A stretch of DNA of 61,644 nt, counting the filler. It is 6 parts of 6 records of this genome, joined end to end, with 100 filler letters (N's around TTAATTAATTAA, not from the genome) between each part and the next. Parts side by side here need not be neighbours in the genome. Positions count along the whole stretch, not along the records: positions 1 to 24,730 come from SRR31156797_21926; 5 more parts are not named here. One strand, given 5' to 3'. Under the pieces are notes generated by a model. It made no database searches, was not told where the DNA came from, and worked only from the letters and a program-made list of their open reading frames with translations. Positions 1-8,042 of this stretch are shown here, piece after piece. The first letter of the stretch is position 1; each line of letters begins with the position of its first letter. Made by a program: the position numbers and the translations under genes.

Positions 1-1723
1 CCGCCTCAATCGCAGCGTTGAGTGCGAGTAGGTTCGTTTGTTCAGAGATATCGTTTATCACAGTGATTACGTTTTCAATTTCATTTGCATTATCAGTTAA
101 TTGATGGATCTCATTAGTGAGAACTCCAATTTTTGATCTCATATTAGAAGAGATGTCTTCAGAAGTTTTGATGATTTCCCCGCCTTTTCTCGAAACGTCT
201 ACAACTTCTTCGTTCTGAGCAGCGGCGTCTGATGTATTGCTGGCTATTTCGTTAATAGATGAGCTCATCTCCTCAGCGGCAGTTGCAACCTGAGAAGCCA
301 TGTCATTTGTTTCATCAAGTGATGAACTGACAGTTTCGGAAGCTCTTATGATAGGTACCAGAGTTTCAGCCGTTCCCGCAAGTCCTTGAATTAGCTGAGT
401 AAAGCTGGAATCGAGATTATCGAGAACCTTATTGAAAGATTCTGCCATAGCTTTAGTCTCACCTGATGTGCCTGTATCGAGCCTTTTAGTAAGGTCACCT
501 TCACCCTCAGATACCTGTGCTAAGATATTAGTGGTTCTGTTGATGCTCCCGGCGATACCTTTACCTATGAGGATAGTAATAATCCCTGCAAGCCCCACCA
601 TAATTCCAGATATAACTATTATTTTGGTTATAAGGCTATTAGTTTTCGCTTTAAGTGCAGCATCTTTAAGAACTATTGCATCGTCGATATCATCGGTATA
701 AACACCTGTTCCAACAATCCATTTCAGAGGTTTAAACTCTCTTACATATGACATTTTAGGCTGAGCGTCTTCTTTGCCCGGTTTTGGCCATGAATAATTT
801 ACAAAACCTTCGCCTTTCTCTTTTGTGGTGTTAACCATTGCTACGAAGAGGTTTTCGTTCTTTTCACCTGCAACATTATATTTACTTGCATCGAGTGTCT
901 GACCATTAAGAGATTTAGCGATAGGGTGCATAATCATCTTAGGGTAAGGCTTACCGTTATCATTGATCCAGAAGTAGCCTGTCCCGTGGTCATATCTATA
1001 TTTAGCGACCTGCATAAGAATATTCTGAATAGCTTCGGTTGCAGCGTCATCAACATATATGCCTGTACCAAGTATCCATCCCCACGGTTTGAATAGCTTG
1101 ACATACGAAAGTTTTGGCTGGTCTTCTGTTTTGTTTGGTTTCGGCCAGCTGTATTCAACAAATCCGTCGCCTGTATTTTTTACGGCATTAACCATAGCGA
1201 CAAAGAGGTTTTGCTTTTCAGCAGCGGCGTTGTATTTCGGGTTGTCGAGAACCTTACCGTCTAGTTGTGAAGCGATAGGGTGCATGACCATCTTAGGGTA
1301 GGGAGCTCCAGTGTCATTTATCCAGACGTATCCTGTTCCTTTATCATATCTGACAGCTTTGACTATAGCTTTAGCCTGAGCCATCGCTTCTTTTTCAGAT
1401 ATTTTACCATCTTGAAATTCTTTATATTTCGCTTCGACCTGAGACGAGAGTGAGTCAATAACGGATTTTAGTCGCTCACCGTAAACAGCTTCGATGTATT
1501 CTTTTTTAGTAGCATTAGTATATGTACTTGCGATTGATTCATATGTGACGTCAACAAGACTTTTTAGTTTCTGCTCAACACGTGTGTACTCAGCTTTTCT
1601 AAATTCTTTAAGATTATTCGCCTGTCTGGCTGAGATGCTGAAAACTATAGTTGCAGCGACTATACCAGTTGTTAAAAGGATTAGTAGAGTGGTGCTGATT
1701 GCGATCTTGCTGGCTATCTTCAT
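1..1723 (-). CDS. Methyl-accepting chemotaxis protein with two sCache_2-type sensor modules; 3' end runs off the window
   Basis: Absent from the ORF track; translated by hand from ATG 1723: MKIASKIAISTTLLILL (TM), two GY(V/F)WIND..YPKM.MHP...WPKP...PK.SYV...GTG.Y.DD modules, second TM, HAMP-like GEGDLTKRL, then MCP signature INDISEQTNLLALNAAIEA. Confidence 0.95.
   Translation of the reverse strand, partial: MKIASKIAISTTLLILLTTGIVAATIVFSISARQANNLKEFRKAEYTRVEQKLKSLVDVTYESIASTYTNATKKEYIEAVYGERLKSVIDSLSSQVEAKYKEFQDGKISEKEAMAQAKAIVKAVRYDKGTGYVWINDTGAPYPKMVMHPIASQLDGKVLDNPKYNAAAEKQNLFVAMVNAVKNTGDGFVEYSWPKPNKTEDQPKLSYVKLFKPWGWILGTGIYVDDAATEAIQNILMQVAKYRYDHGTGYFWINDNGKPYPKMIMHPIAKSLNGQTLDASKYNVAGEKNENLFVAMVNTTKEKGEGFVNYSWPKPGKEDAQPKMSYVREFKPLKWIVGTGVYTDDIDDAIVLKDAALKAKTNSLITKIIVISGIMVGLAGIITILIGKGIAGSINRTTNILAQVSEGEGDLTKRLDTGTSGETKAMAESFNKVLDNLDSSFTQLIQGLAGTAETLVPIIRASETVSSSLDETNDMASQVATAAEEMSSSINEIASNTSDAAAQNEEVVDVSRKGGEIIKTSEDISSNMRSKIGVLTNEIHQLTDNANEIENVITVINDISEQTNLLALNAAIEA
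917..1300. repeat. Intragenic duplication of the Cache module (offset 354 nt = 118 codons)
   Basis: agcgatagggtgcataatcatcttagggta (917-946) vs agcgatagggtgcatgaccatcttagggta (1271-1300). Confidence 0.85.
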
Positions 1724-1848
1724 ATACGCCCCCTGTTGGTCTTGTTGTACTAATAATAACAATTCGTATAAGATTATACCAAATAAAATTGAATATGCAC
1801 ACAATAGTGTTATAGTTAAGTTGCTGAACTTATCTTTGGAGGATAATT

Positions 1849-3342
1849 ATGATAAACAAAATACTATTTTTATTAACTATTTCTTTAACTATGGCTTTAT
1901 ACGGATGTGGCGGAGGAGGCGGTTCTAGTACACCTGAACCGACAGCGACAACTGTGGACAGAGCTGTATACTATCCTGAAAATCTGACTGTGACTTCACC
2001 TCTTGTGGCTGCTCCTGCTGTTACATCAGGCTCAAGAGCGATCAGCAGCTTTAGCGATCAGCTTTCAACTATTACGACTATGCTTTCAGCTGGTACAGTG
2101 ACAGCATGTTCTTTCGATCCATCACTCTTTTTAAATACTGCAGTTAACGCAAACTGCTACGGACCAGAGATGGAATATGTTGACCATCAGGACAGCCCTT
2201 CCGATCAGGATGGAACTTTACCTACGGGTGACTTAGGCATGTGGAATGAGAACGAGGGCGCAACTTCTGAGGCTTGTTCTGCTGCCCAGATGAATGCAAG
2301 AATGGACGGTATCAGCAACAAGTCACACGCTGCTTTTACTGCGATGGCTAGTATGATATGTGTCGATCTCCTCGGCGGTCACGGTATCCCTAGTAACTCG
2401 ACTAATGATATCCTCGCTGATATGAACACTATGGCGACAGCTACCTCTATGGATGCTGCATTTACTACAGCTACGATAGCTCACGCTACTGTAGGGACTC
2501 AGAACGAATTTGTTTACACTCTTGAATACTCATACACAGCTCCTGACACAACTGTTTACCCTATGGAGATGATAGTAACTCACAGGTCTTCCGGCACAGG
2601 CGACTATACAGGTAGATTTCAGTATAAGTTTGATATGAACAGTAACGGCGGAAACTGCCCTACTGTAGGAGCTGACAAGCCTCAGACTATCGCCGGTTCA
2701 GTCCTATATGATAGAGCAGGAACAACATTTTCCATCGACGCAAGATATGCTAATTTCTGCGGAAATGGTGCCGACGGTTTTGTGAGCGGCGTTGTTGACC
2801 CATCTGATAAATATGACGCTTCAACCAATACTGACGGCTGGGCAGATAACTTTAACAGATTTGTAGCTTCCTTTAACGAAACAACTTACCTCGGCGACTA
2901 TACATACTCATGGCAGGCAGGTTTTATGGACAGCAACACCAGAGTTTTAAACATCAATGTTTCTGAGCATTCAACGGATCCTGTTCTCGTAGGTAGTGCA
3001 TGGTTTGGTTACGGTGACGATGCAGAGACAACTGATAATTCTATCGGTGGTTTTATATGTAATTGGGCAGGACCTGGGAACAGCCATTCATACTCAAACC
3101 TTGTTCAGCTTCAGGAGCTTCAGCAGAATGCCACTACTAACACATTTGAAACAACATCAAGCTTTATCACATATGCACCATCTGTCTCATGTGATGATAC
3201 AGATAACGATTTCTACTACGACACAGATGCTGACGGCGATATGACAGACGAAACAGCTACAGCTAACATTACTAATAATCTTAAACCTATAGCTGACTAC
3301 ACTGCGGGCTTTACTGTGCCGACTGCACCGTCTAATTTCTAA
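1849..3342 (+). CDS. Hypothetical acidic Thr/Asp-rich lipoprotein
   Basis: GGAGG RBS; signal peptide with lipobox LYG-C followed by GGGGGSS linker; 497-aa open frame; no family recognised. Confidence 0.85.
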   Translation: MINKILFLLTISLTMALYGCGGGGGSSTPEPTATTVDRAVYYPENLTVTSPLVAAPAVTSGSRAISSFSDQLSTITTMLSAGTVTACSFDPSLFLNTAVNANCYGPEMEYVDHQDSPSDQDGTLPTGDLGMWNENEGATSEACSAAQMNARMDGISNKSHAAFTAMASMICVDLLGGHGIPSNSTNDILADMNTMATATSMDAAFTTATIAHATVGTQNEFVYTLEYSYTAPDTTVYPMEMIVTHRSSGTGDYTGRFQYKFDMNSNGGNCPTVGADKPQTIAGSVLYDRAGTTFSIDARYANFCGNGADGFVSGVVDPSDKYDASTNTDGWADNFNRFVASFNETTYLGDYTYSWQAGFMDSNTRVLNINVSEHSTDPVLVGSAWFGYGDDAETTDNSIGGFICNWAGPGNSHSYSNLVQLQELQQNATTNTFETTSSFITYAPSVSCDDTDNDFYYDTDADGDMTDETATANITNNLKPIADYTAGFTVPTAPSNF

Positions 3343-3353
3343 GCGAATTTGTT

Positions 3354-3382
3354 AAAGAGGGGCTTAATCGCTCCTCTTTTTT
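3354..3382 (+). terminator. Rho-independent terminator
   Basis: AAAGAGGGGC-TTAATC-GCTCCTCTTT followed by T run, 12 nt after the lipoprotein stop. Confidence 0.8.
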
Positions 3383-3383
3383 A

Positions 3384-3413
3384 TTGCGGTATTACACTTA
3401 GATGCTATATAAT
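3384..3413 (+). promoter_or_regulatory. Putative sigma70 promoter
   Basis: TTGCGG (3384-3389), 18-nt spacer, TATAAT (3408-3413) upstream of the receiver gene. Confidence 0.45.
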
Positions 3414-3448
3414 GTTATTATCATTGCGAAATTATTGCGGGGAAACTA

Positions 3449-3817
3449 ATTACCTCACCTGAAAGGCTGAAAGAGCTTACCGTACTTTATGTTGAAGATG
3501 ACGACATCACAAGAGAGATGGCTTTCAGGATGCTTTCTAAGTATTTTAAAGTGGTTCATCCGGCGGCAGACGGTAGAGAGGGGCTGGAGCTTTATAAAAG
3601 TGAATCTCCGGATCTCATTATTACTGATCTTTCTATGCCAGAAGTGAGCGGCTTTGAAATGATCGAAGCTATCCGAAGCACCGATGCTGACATCCCGATT
3701 GTTGTGACTACCGCCTACAGAAGCGAGGCTGAATCTCTTCAGGGAGTTAGTGATATCGTTTATAAGCCTGTGAATAAAAAGATACTTTTAAAAGCAGTCT
3801 ATGAGCTGGATCTATAA
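3449..3817 (+). CDS. Single-domain response regulator (receiver); start probably non-canonical (ATT 3449 or CTG 3467)
   Basis: In-frame LKELTVLYVEDD acidic pocket lies upstream of ATG 3518; PDLIITDLSMP phospho-Asp, TTA and KP motifs. Confidence 0.85.
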   Translation: MTSPERLKELTVLYVEDDDITREMAFRMLSKYFKVVHPAADGREGLELYKSESPDLIITDLSMPEVSGFEMIEAIRSTDADIPIVVTTAYRSEAESLQGVSDIVYKPVNKKILLKAVYELDL

Positions 3818-3907
3818 TCATTAGCATCTGAAACAAATTTCGTTGTGATAAGCTGTATTTATTTGTATATTAGTATTTATTATTATTTTTTTATGTAGGG
3901 CAAAAAT

Positions 3908-4249
3908 ATGGAAAACAAAGTAGATGTATTTAAAGCGTTAGGTGACACTAACAGAGTTCGCATTCTGTGTATGCTAAATAAGCGTGATCTTTGTGTTTGC
4001 GAGATAAACTCAGTTCTCAATGTTTCTATGTCAACAATTTCATCACACCTTAAGATTTTAAGAAATGCCGGGCTGGTTACATCCAGAAAGGATGGCAGAT
4101 GGATTTTTTACAGTCTTAAACTCACCGATGAGACGACTGCAGACCTTGTTAAGAACGCAGTGAAGTATGTATCCTCAGAACATCAGGTTGAAGAAGATGT
4201 TGCAGCACTGGAGCATATCTCTCCGGCTAACTGCTCTTCTGTGGTATGA
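3908..4249 (+). CDS. ArsR/SmtB-family transcriptional regulator
   Basis: FKALGDTNRVRIL, LCVCEI, STISSHLKILRNAGLV.SRKDGRWIFYSL winged HTH. Confidence 0.95.
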   Translation: MENKVDVFKALGDTNRVRILCMLNKRDLCVCEINSVLNVSMSTISSHLKILRNAGLVTSRKDGRWIFYSLKLTDETTADLVKNAVKYVSSEHQVEEDVAALEHISPANCSSVV

Positions 4250-6807
4250 GTAAGGAAGGCGCTATACCGGGAGAGGGTATACTCACCCTTGTCGGCGGAC
4301 TTAGATACGGTGATAGTGTCGTTTTCCAGACTGAAGAGACTCTCGGCTACCGGATAATCTCAGAGTCTATTCTTGAGGATTTGTGCAGACATCACAGCTC
4401 ACTCCATCATATAAACTTTTACAACGGACCAAATAAGCTTAACATTACCTGTGACATTATGAATAAGTTCACAGTTGACCCTTATAAAGGCTTTGTCGCT
4501 TTTGTAGATGATTGCTGTGCATATATCGACACCCTGAATGACGACGATATTATTTTTATCGACTGCATCACAAGCCTGATGTCCTTTTGGGGCTCAGACT
4601 GGCTTGCGGGCTACGCTTATAAAATGATCGCCGATAAGATGAGAGAGAAGAATATAACATCTTTCATGGGGATGATAAAGAAGTGCCACCGGAGATTTAC
4701 TGTAAGGAAAGTTTCAGAGGCCGCATCTGTTGTTGTCCGTGTTATCAAAGATAATGTCGGAAGGCACTGCCTGCTCCCTAGAAAAGCGGACGGAAGGCAC
4801 GCCAATCTTATGTATAAACCATACATATTAGATGTTCAGAAGAGTGTCCGGCCAGTGGCTGACAGTGTCGAAGCTATGGAGGTAATCACTCCGCCTGACA
4901 AAAGGTCAGATATGCAGTATTACGAATGCCTCGACAGGCTTTTCCTCGGTGAAGAAGACATTAAGATGGACGAAGCTGAATCTGTACGTAAGATGTGTAT
5001 GATTATGATGGGCGAGGACGAACGTATCAGGAGCCTCGCAGCGAAATATTTTAATATTATGGAGCTTAAGCTCATCAGGCGCAGAACCATCGGCTCCGGC
5101 TTTATAGGCGGAAAAGCGGCGGGGATGCTCATCGCACGCAAGATTATCAAAGACCACCATCCTGAACTTTACGAAAAACATTCAGAACCGGACGACAGCT
5201 TTTTTTTAGGTGCTGATGTCTTTTATACTTTCATGATCTATAACGACCTGTGGGATGACTACAGGGACTTTCTGAAGTCTGCTGACATTATGAAAGCGAA
5301 GAAGCTGCGCAGGCTTATCCTTCATGCTAAGATGCCGCCAGAGGTTCTTGAACGTATGGATGATATCATCGACTATTTTGGTCATTACCCTATCATCGCC
5401 CGCTCAAGCAGCCTATTGGAAGACAGTTTCGAAAGTTCTTTCGCTGGTAAATACGAAAGTAAATTCTGCATCCTTACCGGTGATGAAGAGAATATGACAA
5501 AACAGCTCTCAGGGATTTTCAAAGCTGTTTACGCTAGTATGTTTAGCCCGGAAGCTGCGAAATATAGACGTTTTTACGATATTAAAGGTCGTTCTGACCT
5601 CATGTCTATTATCATACAGCGTGTTTCCGGTGTTTTTAACGGAGATTACTACTTTCCTCATCTTGCTGGTGTAGGTCATTCGTATAACTCATATATATGG
5701 GATAAAAAGATCGATCCTGAGTCTGGGCTTATCAGACTTGTCTCCGGACTTGGAACAAAAGCTGTCGATAATTCAGGAGAGGACTATGCGAGGATGATCG
5801 CCCTCAACAGACCTGATGATCACCCTATGCCCGGGATCGAAAATAGGCGTGCCTACGGTCAGCGTACTATGGATGTTGTCGATACATATAATAATACTCT
5901 GTATGATCTCATGCCTGCTGAACTTGATAAAGAGGGCTCTAACGCTTTTATGAAGTATATCGCTGAGCGTGACTACGACATAGAGAAGAGGCTCAGAGGG
6001 ACTTCCGCAGGGGATGTCAGAGCTTGGTTTATCTCTCACGACCATGTGATAAAAAAGACAACCGTGCTCGACTCTCTTAGCAAGATTATGCAGACCCTTG
6101 AGGATGTTTATAATCATCCTGTTGAGATAGAGTTCACCGTTAATTTCAAAGATGATGATAAATACAGGATAAATGTTCTTCAGTGCAGACCTGTTCAGGT
6201 TCAGAAGATAGGCGATGTTGTCGTTCAGGGTGAGCAGGCGAGTGAGTACGAAGTTTTCCGTGCGAAGGGAACCTTTGTCGGCGGTAGCAACTCGCTCATC
6301 ATCGATACTGTGGTTTATGTAGACTGGGAAGAGTATATGAAGCTCAAACCGGAGCGAAAGCGTCAGTGTGCAGAGGTTATCGGTGTTCTTAATGAGAGAG
6401 TGAAAGATAGAGGGCTTGACTGTATGCTTATGGGGTACGGTCGCTGGGGCTCAAGTGTTACAGCTTTGGGCGTGCCTGTAGAGTTCAGCCAGATAGACGG
6501 CATGAAAGCGGTAATCGAAATAGGACACATAGAGAAAGGGATGGTTCCGGAGTTGTCATACGGAACACACTTCTTTCACGATGTAGTCGAATCCAGGATA
6601 AGCTATATATCTGTGCTCGATAACGATGACAGCTTCTTCCTCAGTAATACAATTACTAAACGCCACAATATGATACGCAAAGCTATACCTGAACCGGACG
6701 GTTTTGAAAAAGTGATAAAGTATCAGCGTTTCCCTAAGCGTCCGCTAAGGCTTGTTACGGATATCAGCAGTAATGAAGTCGCTATCTACAGGACAAAGAG
6801 GCTCTAA
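4246..6807 (+). CDS. PEP-utilising enzyme family protein (PPDK/PEP synthase nucleotide-binding domain) with N-terminal degenerate RecA/KaiC-like domain
   Basis: IGGKAAG, RSSSLLEDSFESSFAGKY, GLGTKAV, EIEFTV, LQCRP motifs; ATGA overlap with arsR. Confidence 0.85.
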   Translation: MSKEGAIPGEGILTLVGGLRYGDSVVFQTEETLGYRIISESILEDLCRHHSSLHHINFYNGPNKLNITCDIMNKFTVDPYKGFVAFVDDCCAYIDTLNDDDIIFIDCITSLMSFWGSDWLAGYAYKMIADKMREKNITSFMGMIKKCHRRFTVRKVSEAASVVVRVIKDNVGRHCLLPRKADGRHANLMYKPYILDVQKSVRPVADSVEAMEVITPPDKRSDMQYYECLDRLFLGEEDIKMDEAESVRKMCMIMMGEDERIRSLAAKYFNIMELKLIRRRTIGSGFIGGKAAGMLIARKIIKDHHPELYEKHSEPDDSFFLGADVFYTFMIYNDLWDDYRDFLKSADIMKAKKLRRLILHAKMPPEVLERMDDIIDYFGHYPIIARSSSLLEDSFESSFAGKYESKFCILTGDEENMTKQLSGIFKAVYASMFSPEAAKYRRFYDIKGRSDLMSIIIQRVSGVFNGDYYFPHLAGVGHSYNSYIWDKKIDPESGLIRLVSGLGTKAVDNSGEDYARMIALNRPDDHPMPGIENRRAYGQRTMDVVDTYNNTLYDLMPAELDKEGSNAFMKYIAERDYDIEKRLRGTSAGDVRAWFISHDHVIKKTTVLDSLSKIMQTLEDVYNHPVEIEFTVNFKDDDKYRINVLQCRPVQVQKIGDVVVQGEQASEYEVFRAKGTFVGGSNSLIIDTVVYVDWEEYMKLKPERKRQCAEVIGVLNERVKDRGLDCMLMGYGRWGSSVTALGVPVEFSQIDGMKAVIEIGHIEKGMVPELSYGTHFFHDVVESRISYISVLDNDDSFFLSNTITKRHNMIRKAIPEPDGFEKVIKYQRFPKRPLRLVTDISSNEVAIYRTKRL

Positions 6808-7097
6808 GCTTCTTCGCTTTCTTCCTCGTCTTCGTCAATTTCAAGCTGGTCAGTGTCTATAAGAGCAAGGTCTCCTGCTGTTATAGCAAGCCCAACCTCG
6901 ATACAGTTATATATAAACTCTTCGAAAGCCATTTTATTTGTTTTAGCAGCTTCATCTATCTCGGCGAACATCTCTTTGTCCATCGCAAAAGTGAAATTCA
7001 TCATTTCACCATTTTCTTCCTGACCATTTCCGTTACCGTTATCTGATCCGCATCCGCAAGAATTGTTATTGTTGTCATCTCCGCCACAACAGCTCAT
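6804..7097 (-). CDS. Small acidic protein with Cys-rich N-terminus
   Basis: GAGGT RBS; MSCCGG...CGCG, acidic tail. Confidence 0.7.
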   Translation of the reverse strand: MSCCGGDDNNNNSCGCGSDNGNGNGQEENGEMMNFTFAMDKEMFAEIDEAAKTNKMAFEEFIYNCIEVGLAITAGDLALIDTDQLEIDEDEEESEEA

Positions 7098-7182
7098 AAA
7101 TCACCTCATAAGATTTTACTAGGGTTCTAGCAGTTTTTGGACGATAATGCAAACAATGAATATTGATATTGAGTGGTGAGAA

Positions 7183-7953
7183 ATGCGTATTGCAGTTGTA
7201 CAGATGAAACTTGAAATAGAGAAGGGTGATAACCTTGCTAAGGCTTTGAAGTTTATCGGACAATCCGGTGACTGTGACCTTATTGTTCTGCCTGAGATGC
7301 TTATGGGGAAGAGACGTGAAGGTGTTGAGCTTTCCGATCTGGCTGAAGATGTTGAAAATGGCGGATTTGCCACTGCGCTCAGAGAAGCTGGGAATGCTGG
7401 AAATATAGATGTGTGCGCATGCCTCTGGGAAGAGAATGCTTCAGGTAAAGTTTATAATACTGCAATGGTTTATGGTGCTGATGGCAATATAAAAGCTAAA
7501 TACCGTAAGCTTCACCTTTTTGATGCATTAAGTGTTAAGGAGTCAGATTTTATGACAGCCGGAAGCGAACTTCCGCCTCTGTTTGAGTGTTCCGGAGTTA
7601 CATGCGGGTTATCTATATGCTACGATCTGCGGTTCCCTGAGATATACAGGGCTATGAACGGCGCACATCTGATGCTTGCTCCTGCCGCCTGGTATAGCGG
7701 TGAGATGAAAATTGAGCACCTGCATATGCTCCTCGGGGCCAGGGGGCTGGAGAATACATCTTACGCAATCTGTTCGAATTTATGCGGAGGTGAATTTGCT
7801 GGTCACTCAACAGCTTATTCCCCATTTGGAGAACAGATAGCAGATGGGGGATCTGAAGAAGGATTACTTAAAATTGACATAGACTTAGAGTATCTGAACT
7901 CTGTCCGTGAGAAGCTGCCCTGCCTCGCAAATCTGAGGAATGACATATTTTAA
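7183..7953 (+). CDS. Carbon-nitrogen hydrolase (nitrilase superfamily, Nit1/omega-amidase-like)
   Basis: Glu-Lys-Cys triad motifs LPE, YRKLHLFD, ICYDLRFPE. Confidence 0.93.
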   Translation: MRIAVVQMKLEIEKGDNLAKALKFIGQSGDCDLIVLPEMLMGKRREGVELSDLAEDVENGGFATALREAGNAGNIDVCACLWEENASGKVYNTAMVYGADGNIKAKYRKLHLFDALSVKESDFMTAGSELPPLFECSGVTCGLSICYDLRFPEIYRAMNGAHLMLAPAAWYSGEMKIEHLHMLLGARGLENTSYAICSNLCGGEFAGHSTAYSPFGEQIADGGSEEGLLKIDIDLEYLNSVREKLPCLANLRNDIF

Positions 7954-8042
7954 ATATGGTTAAGTTTTGTTGTTTAGGTGTGGTAAATGAGGTACAATTA
8001 ATCGCTAGGTTATAGTTTAAATATAAAAATCCGGAGATATAT

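Noticed and set aside
432..1928. ORFs 432..701, 934..1161, 1059..1301, 1494..1928, 1614..1802
   Set aside because: Antisense or off-frame shadows of the MCP and lipoprotein genes
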